Assembly: GCA_044892525.1 (NCBI GenBank)
Contig: CM097885.1
Location: 43,278,001 to 43,342,000 of the forward strand
Length of the DNA: 64,000 nucleotides
Reading direction: 5' to 3'
Source of the DNA: Schmidtea polychroa
Taxonomy: Eukaryota
Positions within the stretch are counted from its first letter, which is position 1, and each line of letters opens with the position of its first letter. Of the stretch, positions 29,485 to 41,000 are shown piece by piece. Both the position numbers and the translations under genes were made by a program. The notes under the pieces were generated by a model, which worked only from the letters and a program-made list of their open reading frames with translations, had not been told where the DNA came from and did not search any database.

Positions 29485-31032
29485 CTCTAAAACGAATTAA
29501 ATAAAGACAGTGAATTCACGCAACATAAGGACAGACGTAGTAATATATTATAGTACATAATCACATCTCATGATCGTCGACGACAGCTAGGAGAAATAAA
29601 GAAAATTATCAAATTTGTCCCCTGCCTTCACACCGGGGAGGTTTCCCAATTTTTTACGATGCTAGCCCGTAGGCTCGTTAACCCAACATAAAATCATTTT
29701 TTCTAAGTTAACGATTTAATTTATTGGTTGGTAAGGTATTTAACCGAGTTGTGTTATGGGTCCCTGCATAAACTATTTAAATAATTTATTTAATGTATAG
29801 AACTCTAAATATTCACCTAAATTAACTTATGCAATGCGTTTGTTTGATAAAAATATTCGGGTGACTGGTATGAATTATTGGTTCTTAGAAAACGGGCATC
29901 CCAAGGAAATTATATTATTTGATTATTTGGACAAACCAAGACCAACTATAAGAAGATACTAGTATGCTAACCCACCCTTACGATTATCACAATGAATTAC
30001 GTAAGTTGGGCATTATCCAAATAGTTCAATGAATTCGACAACTTCATCTTTACTTCCCTTATTCATTTCACTGGGACTCTCTCCTTATTATTATTATTAT
30101 TATTAACATAAGCGTTGTCATTACCCCTATCGTTATGATCATCGTTAAGTCTACTAACAGAACTATTATTATTATTATCATTATCATTAGTACAATTAGC
30201 ATATTATTATAACCATGTTTGCTACCCTCATTACAAACATCATCACTATTATAATTGTTACTATTATGATTATTGCTCCTATGCTCATCACTACAATCAT
30301 CATGATTATTATTATTATTATTGCCATTTATATTATAATTATTATTACGAGCATCACTACAGCTATGATCTCCGGCTTTATTATTGCGCTTTTACTCAGG
30401 ATCAGTACGGGGTTATTCTAATTATTATCATAATAATTATTGTTATATTAATCGCTCGTGAGTAGCATATTCGCTTAATTTGTATTCAGAATACGATTAT
30501 TAATAATTCAGATTGGAAATTTCCGGCTGAGAACTAGTCACCAGTACTATAATCAAATTCTGGTCTATCTATCTAGATCAGTGTTTCCCAACCTGGGCGA
30601 TATCGCCCACTAGTGGGCGATATGAGATTGTCGATGGGCGATAGGAAAAGTCGACGAAAAGAAATTTAACAGGAAATATATTCAATTATAATAAAATCTC
30701 ATTCTTCACATGATGACGCATAGCACCTATTAACCAGTGCAGATTAAATCTGTCGTGAAATGCAATAGGTGACCAGCTGTATGTATTTCATGTACATTGT
30801 ACACTGTACAGTGACACATAGCGCGTTAGATAAAAGTAGCAATTATCTGCATGCATAAGACTAACATCATGATGTAGCAACGGTGAATTATAACACACAT
30901 ACAGGACGGGGCACATGCAGATTTCAGGTATGTTTCATTTTATTAAATTTGGCAGCATTTAGTTATTAATCACGGAATTAGTGGTTTTCACATTGTACCA
31001 TCATTATTATTATTTTGATTCACTCTTACGTA

Positions 31033-31805
31033 ATGCCTCCTAAAATTAAAATTGTGACCCGCAGCTATAATATTGACTACCTCAAATTTGGCTTCATTAC
31101 TGCTTGCCATGATGAGCGCATTCCGCTGTGTTTGCTCTGTAAAAAGACTTTTTCAAATGAAGCAATGAAGCCCTCACGCCTGAAAGACCATCTCAGTCGA
31201 GTTCATTCTGATAAGGCTACTGAAAGTCTCGCCTACTTCCAGAAATTGGGAAAAGAATACCGGGAACGTGCAACAATTACTTCACTGTTCAAAGCACAAA
31301 ATTCAAAGAACGAGGACGGATTGGAAGCTAGTTATGAAATAGCAGCGCTAATTGCCAAATCTGGGAAGCCACACACGATCGGGGAGAACCTCATAATTCC
31401 TGCACTTAGAGTGGTGATGAAAACTATGATGAAAATAGATCCGCATGACGTCCTCTCCCAATTGCCGTTGTCCAACAACTCGGTATCCCGTCGAATAGAC
31501 GTAATTGCAGCGAACATTGAGGAGCATCTTGTGCATAAGTTGCAAGGCACACATTTCACCATGCAATTAGATGAGTCTACCGTTCGTGACAGTGAGGCCG
31601 TACTATTGGCCTATGTCCGTTTCATTGATGATGGGGCCATGAAAGAGGAATTTTTGTTCGCGCGAACGCTAGTGTCTGATACAACAGGGGAGTCTATATT
31701 TCGAGTCACAGCAAATTATTTCGCAGAAAAACAAATTCCTCCTCTTAATATTCTTGCTTGTGCCACTGATGGCGCCCCATCAATAGTCGGATGCCATCAA
31801 GGATT
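31033..31805 (+). pseudogene. Buster (ZBED5/SCAND3-like) transposase, 5' half
   Basis: BED finger CLLC...MKPSRLKDHL...H, KPHTIGE, QLDEST and ATDGAP. Confidence 0.93.
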
Positions 31806-32846
31806 TGTTGAGGTCTGTAAATTAAAATTAAAAATTTAAATAAAATTTAGGATAATAATTCAAATGGAAAGTAAGCGAGGAAAAAAGGCAAATAAAAGCG
31901 GGATCGTGCACAGAATTAATAGTAAAGGAAAGTGCGATGAAAACAGTATTAGAAAATGCAAAAAGCAATTACGAAAGGCGAGAATCCGGAAATCCGAGAA
32001 AAATCATCGAAATCGAATGGGAAAAACGGGACAGGTATAGATTAGCTAATGGTCAACAAGATGACGGTTAGGGATTTATCAGAAAAGGGTTAGAAAGGGT
32101 CGAAAAACATTCAAACGTATGAAAACAGAAAACGTTAATTAATTAATTAATTGGCTAATGGAAAACCCGAGCTAATGGGAAACCCGAGCCAATTGAGAAC
32201 CCGAGAGATAAAGGAAACCCGAGCTGGGTAAACAAGAAGAAAGGCAAACAAAAGGAAGATTTGGGCCCATTAGCTTGACACAATGATTAATGGGAAAAGA
32301 GTAAGGAGAAGATAGCGCGCGTAGGAAGACCGGTAGGGCCATTAATTATCTGGATTCGTTGGACCATTATGGGTGACAGCCGAAGCAAACACGTAGGAGA
32401 AAATGTCAAACGAAAGATTGGCTCGGCAATAACCATTTGTCATCCTGATTTCGAGGAGTATATAAGCAAAGGAAAAATCAGAGAAAATCGGCATTCTGCC
32501 TCAGCTAGGGTTCGAAGAATTAGACTGTAGGAAAAGGGGTAAACGAATTAGGGAAGTAGGGAAAAGAAGAAATAGAATTAAGAATACGGAAAGGCGAAAA
32601 GGGATCAAACCAAACAGAAACCGAGGAGAACGAGAGTCAACCGAACTAAAGGATCAAAAGGTGAATATTGTTTGTTTGCAAAGCATCAACGCCGAGCAGA
32701 GAATCGTATAAAACTTTGATTGGTAATTGTAGCGTGATAATAAATTGTGAACCTGTTGTTTCAATATACGTTGGGTCGTTCATTGTTTTAATTTAAAGAA
32801 CACAGGAGTCAGAGAGAACCGACTTGAAATAATCCAAAACCCAACA
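31806..32846 (+). repeat. 5' LTR (1041 bp)
   Basis: TGTTGAG...CCCAACA. TATA-like TATATAA at ~32459, AATAAA at 32739, and about four AACCCGAG repeats at 32160-32225. Confidence 0.97.
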
Positions 32847-32853
32847 TATATTC

Positions 32854-32871
32854 TGGTGAGCCCGACGTGAT
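32854..32871 (+). promoter_or_regulatory. Primer-binding site, tRNA-Trp type
   Basis: TGGTGAGCCCGACGTGAT differs at one base from the tRNA-Trp PBS TGGTGACCCCGACGTGAT of avian retroviruses. Confidence 0.85.
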
Positions 32872-32985
32872 TGCAAAGTCGGAGGAAAATTATTGAAAGT
32901 TAGTGAAAAAATTAATTGTTGAAAAAAAAAATAGTACCGACGTGATTGAAAGTCGGAGAAAAATTATTGTAAGTTAGCGAAGAAG

Positions 32986-33018
<33 letters not shown>

Positions 33019-33062
33019 TTAGTACTGACGTGATAGAGAGTCGGCTGAGAATCATTGAAAGT

Positions 33063-34097
33063 AGTGAAAATTTGTGAAAATAGTGCTAACGAGATTATTA
33101 AAGGCTATTATTGGGAGATTTAAAAGAAGTTGAAAAGTAATTTTAAATTATTGTTTAACGTTTGAAGTTTAGCTCAAAGTGAACCGATATTACCTTAGAA
33201 GTCAGAAACAAGTCCAAATGGCAAATGATAATGCTGTTATGCCTCTCAATATAGAGATGATTGATTTCGCAAGTTGCCAGAAATTACCCGTCAATCAATA
33301 TGGAGGAGACCCTGTTGAATTTGCAGATTTCATGGGAGATTATTATATGTACGCCTCAGCATACGGATGGACACAAGCCATTATGGTTCAGAGATTCCCA
33401 CTCTATCTGAAGGGTGCGGCAAGAGAAGCCTGGCAGCAAGTCGAGAAACGAAATGTTGGTAATGATTGGACAAAATTGAAGGATGCAATGGCACTGAAAC
33501 TGGTTGGTGGAGATATCAAAAGAATCATGCGACAGAAATTTTATAATCGAGTTCAAGGTTCAGATGAATCGGTCAGTGAGTGAAAATTTGTGAAAATAGT
33601 GCTAACGAGATTATTAAAGGCTATTATTGGGAGATTTAAAAGAAGTTGAAAAGTAATTTTAAATTATTGTTTAACGTTTGAAGTTTAGCTCAAAGTGAAC
33701 CGATATTACCTTAGAAGTCAGAAACAAGTCCAAATGGCAAATGATAATGCTGTTATGCCTCTCAATAGAGAGATGATTGATTTCGCAAGTTGCCAGAAAT
33801 TACCCGTCAATCAATATGGAGGAGACCCTGTTGAATTTGCAGATTTCATGGGAGATTATTATATGTACGCCTCAGCATACGGATGGACACAAGCCATTAT
33901 GGTTCAGAGATTCCCACTCTATCTGAAGGGTGCGGCAAGAGAAGCCTGGCAGCAAGTCGACAAACGAAATGTTGGTAATGATTGGACAAAATTGAAGGAT
34001 GCAATGGCACTGAAACTGGTTGGTGGAGATATCAAAAGAATCATGCGACAGAAATTTTATAATCGAGTTCAAGGTTCAGATGAATCGGTCAGTGAGT
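33063..34097 (+). repeat. 516-bp tandem duplication of leader end and gag N-terminus
   Basis: ORFs at 33179 and 33695 are identical except for two visible substitutions (I/R, E/D). Confidence 0.95.
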
Positions 34098-35086
34098 TTG
34101 CTTATCATCTGACCACTTTAGCAGATAAGGCCTTCGAAGTCAAACCAGATCAAGCAGATATGGCCAAGCAGGTTAAAGAGCTGTTAGAAGATCAGTTTAT
34201 AACCGGAGTCCACTCCGAAATCAAAAAGGCCCTATGTTATGTGGATTTTACCAATTTCGATGAGCTCGTGAAGAAAGCCATGAAGATAGAGCTGAATTTA
34301 AAAAGTGCAAAAAGATCAGATGCTTTTGGAGTCAATGTGAAGAGACGTGAGCGATCAATTACGCCTGTGAGAGCACCATGGGATGAAAAGAAAATAAATC
34401 AAATCAGTAGCCCAATTTTGAGACCAAATAATAGATTTCAAGCCAGTAGATCAGCCATGAACGTACAATCAAATGGACAGGTAAATAATCCTCTATGCGA
34501 ACATTGCAAAAAGTCCGGACACTATTCAAATCAATGTTGGTTCAAATATGGGAAAAATCCCAGCCCTAACAAGAGATTCACAGATAACAAAAGGATCAGC
34601 AGTGATGTCGAATGCTATCGATGCGGAAAGAAAGGGCATATTAGCAGAAACTGTTTTACCAGATCAAGATCATCGTCAACGTCACCTTCACCACAAAGGG
34701 ACAAAGTGAATACAAATGGACAGATCCAATGTCATTCGTGCAAGGGATACGGCCACATGGCGCGATCATGCCCAAGGAACTCAGAAAGATTCAGCAGACC
34801 TATTTTAAAGAAATCAATCAGATTCCAAGAAGATATGCCAAACACCAGCAATATGACATATGCTCAGAGAGAGGAATTTCAAGACAAAATGGAAAAGGAA
34901 TTTCGAGAAATGCGACAGAAGCTGAACAAATTAGTGGCTAAATTCGAATCAGATGAAGAAACTGAATCTCATATGATAATTGGAACCGTGTCAGAAGGTG
35001 AGGGAAAACCTGCCACGAAAGTGCGAAAGATCGCATCAGATGAAAATAATAATAATAGCGTTAAATATTGCGGATCAAAGGATTGA
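33695..35086 (+). CDS. gag: Gag with three CCHC zinc knuckles (first ATG 33734)
   Basis: Capsid-like region (FPLYLKGAAREAW, QGSDESVSEF, DQFITG). Knuckles CEHCKKSGHYSNQC, CYRCGKKGHISRNC and CHSCKGYGHMARSC. Confidence 0.95.
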   Translation: MNRYYLRSQKQVQMANDNAVMPLNREMIDFASCQKLPVNQYGGDPVEFADFMGDYYMYASAYGWTQAIMVQRFPLYLKGAAREAWQQVDKRNVGNDWTKLKDAMALKLVGGDIKRIMRQKFYNRVQGSDESVSEFAYHLTTLADKAFEVKPDQADMAKQVKELLEDQFITGVHSEIKKALCYVDFTNFDELVKKAMKIELNLKSAKRSDAFGVNVKRRERSITPVRAPWDEKKINQISSPILRPNNRFQASRSAMNVQSNGQVNNPLCEHCKKSGHYSNQCWFKYGKNPSPNKRFTDNKRISSDVECYRCGKKGHISRNCFTRSRSSSTSPSPQRDKVNTNGQIQCHSCKGYGHMARSCPRNSERFSRPILKKSIRFQEDMPNTSNMTYAQREEFQDKMEKEFREMRQKLNKLVAKFESDEETESHMIIGTVSEGEGKPATKVRKIASDENNNNSVKYCGSKD

Positions 35087-38000
35087 ATATTATCAGGAAC
35101 ATTGGAGTGTAAAAGCAAAGAAAATACGACAAAAAGCAGCGGAGATATTAGGTAATGACGGAATTATCGTGTTGACGTTCAAAGGACGAGAATTGGATGA
35201 TGACGAATATTTGTTAAACTACGGATGTAACCCAAATTGTATCAATAATGTGTACGCAACAAAACAAAGTGGTGAAATGGAAAAAGATGCAGTAATAGTA
35301 CCGTTTTGGCCTCTGTATGAGGAAATGGATAATGATAACGTAGAGATTAAAACTGAAGTTGTAGATGACCCAGGAGAAATTGATCAAGAAATTAATGAAT
35401 TGCAGAGATTAAAAACAATGGAGAATGAGGAAATGAGATCGGAAAATGAAGTTACAAGGGATGTTGAGGAAATGAGCACCGATAATAGGATACTACCGAG
35501 CATAGATGAGATGAAAAGTGAAGAGAACTTTGTTGAGACGAAAAATGACATTGCGATATGTGGGATAAAACAGAATGATGCGGAAATTGAATCTTTGAGT
35601 TTAGATGAATCAAGCGAAACTGAGCGTTTAGATGAACCAAGCGAAACTGAGCGAATATTAAAAGGTTTAGTAACGGAATTGTACTTGTTAGATGAAAATG
35701 AAACAGAAGATGATACCTCGGAGGGGGAGAAAAGAGTTGTAAAAAGATTGGCAACGGAATTAAAGAGGAGATTACCGTCGATAATTAAAAGAAATTACGA
35801 AGAAAAGGAATTTTGTGAGGAAGCAGTAATTGAGGACCTAACACGAACTGAGTTAGATCGAGATGTAATATTGACAGTGCTAGCCTATATAATATTGGAG
35901 ATTGGTATTTATGGTTGTCTGGAAAGTGACAATTCAAAATCATTGATAAAGAAAGCTACTGAAATGACGAACAAATATTTGATGAAGTGCATCGCAAACA
36001 ATGGCGGATGGGAAAATTTGATACAAAAGGCTGAGAGCCCAAAAACAGAGACAGTGAGGAAAAAGGGAAAACTTGCATTTCCATGGTTGATGATTTCTAT
36101 TATTATGTTATTGGGAATAATAAACACGACGAATTCATTGGTGGCATACGACTGCTCCCAAACCGAAATGGGAAGAGTATATTCGTTGGTAAACGTAGCA
36201 GAGTGTTCGGATGCATATCCAGTAAAATTTAAAGTAACAAATCCAGTAAAATATCATGTATATCAAGAATCTGGGTTTCGACGAGCAAAGGTGAGAGAGT
36301 GTACAGTGAAACGAACTACTTTTGTATTTTATTGTGGAAAATGGAGCCACTCATCGATGGTGAAAATGCAATCAATACCTAGACCGATAGAAATAATTCC
36401 AGAGAATTGTTTGGCAGCCTTTCAAATAGGACAGTTGAAAATCAATGCAGATATTAAACTACAAGCAAAGCTTAACCATAAAATCCGTGAGACTGTAACC
36501 GTGCGAGGGATAATAAAGTCGAATGGTGATTGCCAAGGAGAGCCATACAAAGTAGACGATGTTATAATTGACAAAGCCGTGGTTGTGGAAGAGTACATGT
36601 CAGAATTAAGAGAATTTGATGGATCATTTGATGATGATACTGGTAAACTACAAACACATCCATTCTGCAACATGAAACAATCTAGCTGTCAGACAGGAGA
36701 ATCAATCTTGGTGTACGATGTCGATACCAAAAAGTGCAATTTAGTGCAATTGAAGTCAATGAGTTTTAAAGAAATAACGGGAGAGCAGATCAGGGAAAAG
36801 CCTGAGAAAATAAGAATGGATCCAGCAACGAGTACAACAACAAGAATCACACCCATACGGATGAAAGATACTCCAACAGTGTTAATGTCAACCTCGGAGG
36901 AAGATGGGATGCGATTCCTGAGAAAAGAAACTAAAACAAAGTGTGGACAAAGTGTCTATGAGACAAATTATAAAGGTATGTATGTATCTCAGAAGATGAT
37001 TACAGAGGCCCAAACAAACATACATGTCGGAGATATTAAGTTGACAAATTACTTTAATAACAAAATAGATTATTTATTTCACTTTGGTCAAAATACTGTT
37101 GAAAATGTGTACCGAGAAGTTATTATAAATGATTGCAATCTCAACAAAGAAATACTCCGAAATCGGATGGCAATGGCTATAACCAATCCTAACTTAGTAG
37201 CACCAATGTTAATTACAGAAAATGGGGTGTTTGCCAGAATTTTCGGTGAAGCATTATATAGCTATAAATGTAAAGCGGTACCAGTTAAACTGACAAAGTA
37301 TGACCAATGCACCAACGAGTTACCAGTGAATTTGAATGGAAAGTTGCGATTTATGGAGCCTGTAACACGAATCTTACTGGAAGAGGACGTGAAACCGAAA
37401 GTATTACAGTGTAATAGATTGTTGGCACCACTATACAGACTAACACCAGAATCTTGGATTGCATTACCAGATCATCGAGAAGTAAAGACACCGGAAAACT
37501 TAGAATTGACAGAATTACAATATCTGGTAAATTTTACGTCGTTAGAAAAATTGTCGCAAAGTGGAATTTACTCGAACGAAGACATTGAGGAAGCTCGCAG
37601 AAACTTGTTATTTCCATCAAAGAAAGAAAGAGTAATAATGGAAATGGTAGATACAATTCTCCCAAGCGGAAGTGGGAAGGTAAATTATGAGTATTTGTTA
37701 ACTCCAGATCATTACAAGAAAGCGACGTATAATACAATGAAAAAGATCTGGGGAAAGTTTATGTTCATTGGACAAGCGTGTGCCGGATTGATTGGAATTT
37801 ATGTAATATGTGTTGTAATCAAAGTGATAATATCGCAGGTCCTGTCAACACACAAGTTATACGCGATCACAGGTTGGTCGTGGAAACTAGTAATTGGTTG
37901 CATACCATTATTGGCTAGATTCTTCATTACTCATCATCAATATCAGGAGTTGGAGATACTCAAGGCTCGAATATTAAAGAAGAAAAAGGTGAGCTACGCT

Positions 38001-41000
38001 AGTACAACCCCTTCAAGGGACGAGAACAATGACAATGACAACGAGGGTGATAGTGCACCGTTATATGTTGACAATCAAGAACTAAGTGGAATGAATAAAG
38101 AAGCGTTAAGAACTTATCAAATCTTAAAAGAGCCACTGTTGAATGCGAGTAGCGTAGACACGTTTACAAAATTGTGTATACCAAAATCATTTATGCAACC
38201 AGCACCAGTGTATCCAGTTGATCGATTACGAGAGATGAAACCAGTGGAAAATATCGCATTACAATGTGAAGGAATGATAGGAGAGAGAATTGAGCCTTCT
38301 AGCGCAGAGATCGAGAGAAAAAATATGTTAGGCTTACCATGCAACTACTCATTGATGACATTAACAAAAAGAGGAAAGCAACCCCCAATATTTATACAAA
38401 TGAACAAACATAAAGTGGAAGCTTTAGTCGATTCGAGATCTAGTCACACAATAATATCTGAAAATGTATTAAACGCGAAGGAGAAAATGCGAATAAAGCC
38501 TACCGACGAAATAGTGAGGTCATTATCAAAAAATGAATTAAACATAATTGGACAACTTAACGTCATATTCCATATTGGAGATCGAATAATAGCGCACGAT
38601 GCGCTAATAATGATGGGAAGTCCAGTACGATGTCTGATCGGTATGGATATATTAGAGCAGCTGGACGGAGTCTCACTTGATTTAAAGACAAGTAATTTGA
38701 TAGCAGGAGAAACAGGAGAAATAATTCACAGGGCAGGTGAGGTGTTTGTGAATCAGACATTGACAATACCACCACAATCGGAGATGGTATATTGTGCAAA
38801 TACCATGAGTGTGGATAATGGTGATTTTATATTCGAACCAAATCAAACGCTAGTCGAAAAATATGATTTACCGATATGTGACGAAGTTGTCAAAGTGGAA
38901 AATCAGATAGTACCAGTCCATATAACGAATAGCAGTAAGAAACCGGTTCAGTTACACCCAAAAACAAAATTGGGAAAATTATCAAAAATGTCTATTGAAA
39001 CAAATTGTAAAATACCAAGAAACGTCAAGGTGTACAAGGAGCCTGAAGTGGTAAGCAATGATTTAAATGAGATGCAGAAAAAGGAATTCACAAAACTGTG
39101 GAGAAAATACCGAGATATCTTTGCCAAACACGAATATGATTTAGGTCTAACCAATGTAATTGAGCATGAAATACCGTTATTAGACGAAACTCCAATAAAA
39201 ATAAAGCCATACAGAATCCCCTACGTTCATCAAGACGAAAGAGATAGACAGATTACAGCAATGAAGGAATTTGGAATAATTCGAGATAGCGCGTCACCAT
39301 TCTCCTCATCAATAGTCATAGTTAAGAAAAAGGATGGAGACTTACGATTTTGCGTAGATTATAGGAAGCTAAATCAAGTTACGAGGAAAGACACTTATCC
39401 AATTCCAGTACCCCAAGAAATGTTTGATCAAATGGGAGAGGCACGATATTTCACAGTTATTGATTTAAACAAAGGGTACAATCAATTTAGAGTAAAAAAG
39501 GAAGATAGAGGAAAGACGGCGTTCTCGGATGGCAAAGGACTGTATGAGTTCAATGTGTTACCATTTGGATTAACAGGAGCCCCAGCTACATTCCAACGAG
39601 GAATGAATTATGTGTTACGAGGAATTCGACATGCATTGGTATATATCGACGATATAATAATATTTTCAAATGATTTTGAAGAACATCTGAAAGATGTAGA
39701 AACTGTATTTAAACGGTTCAAAAGTGCAAAATTAAAAATCAAATCATCGAAATGTGAATGGGGCAAAGCAGGAGTGATTTATGTAGGACATATAATATCA
39801 CGGCGAGGGTTACAAACTAATCCAGATAACATCAAAAAAGTGGAAGAGTACCCAGTACCAAAAGATGCCGATGAGGTTAGACAATTTTTAGGTTTGGCAA
39901 GCTATTACAGAAAATTTATAAAAGATTTCTCTCATATCGCACAACCGTTGAATACGTTACTAAAGAAAAACAATAAATTTATTTGGGGACAAATGCAACA
40001 AAACGCTTTCAATACATTAGAAGAGAAATTAGTGACAACTCCTATATTAAGATGTCCAGATTTTACAAAACAATTTATCTTGATGACGGATGCAAGCAAC
40101 GTTGCATTGGGTGCGGTGTTGGGACAAAAATTTGAAGGTGAAAAGGACCACGTAATAGCCTACGCAAGCAGATCACTGAGGCCTCACGAGAAAAACTACT
40201 CAACGATTGAAAAGGAAACCTTAGCGTTAGTGTATGGAATTACTACTTTTAGACAATATTTATTGGGCAGAAAATTTACTGTTTATACAGATCATAATCC
40301 ATTACAGTGGTTAATGAAACACAGAGATTCAGCCAGTAAGTTAATACGATGGTCCATTGCCCTCCAAGAATACGATTTTGAGATTAAATATCGGACAGGT
40401 AAAGCTAACGCGAATGCAGATGCAATGTCAAGAATCCCAGAAAATGATAGTGAAGGGACACCTGAAAAATTGGAAGGCACTATATTCGCTGCAATCAAAG
40501 CTGTTAATGATATGTCTGAACTTCAAAATGATCAGGAAAACGATAGTGAATTAAAACAATTTATGGAACAAGCGGTCAAAATAAGAAAAGAACAAGACTG
40601 GAAACGACTTACAGATGCAAACAGCAAATATGTAATTCATAATGGAATACTTAAATGTTGGAAAAATGGGGAAGCATTAATTATTATACCAGCCAAGCAC
40701 AGAGACGCATTACTGATGCAGTATCATGATGGAGCGTTGGGAGGTCATTTATCAACGCGCAAGACGCTATCGAGATTAAAATTGAAATACTTTTGGCCAA
40801 CAATGGAGCAAGACGTGAAAAATTGGTGTAACAGTTGCAAAGTATGCATCACCCGCAGAAATACTGGTAAAAAGATTAAAGTACCATTAAAACCGATGCC
40901 AGTACCCGCAGCACCAATGGAGATGACGGCAATGGATATTCTGGGACCATTGCCGGAAACAACAAAAGGAAACAAATACATTGTTGTTTTTTGTGACTAT

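Noticed and set aside
30085..30445. Hydrophobic 68-aa ORF (30215-30421) resembling a membrane protein
   Set aside because: It is the translation of a degenerate ATT/ATC trinucleotide tract.
35601..35654. 27-bp tandem repeat (LDESSETER/LDEPSETER)
   Set aside because: Simple in-frame slippage in an acidic linker.
38740..38990. dUTPase-like beta segment between PR and RT
   Set aside because: Catalytic dUTPase motifs are not visible, and similar linkers are common in Gypsy pol.
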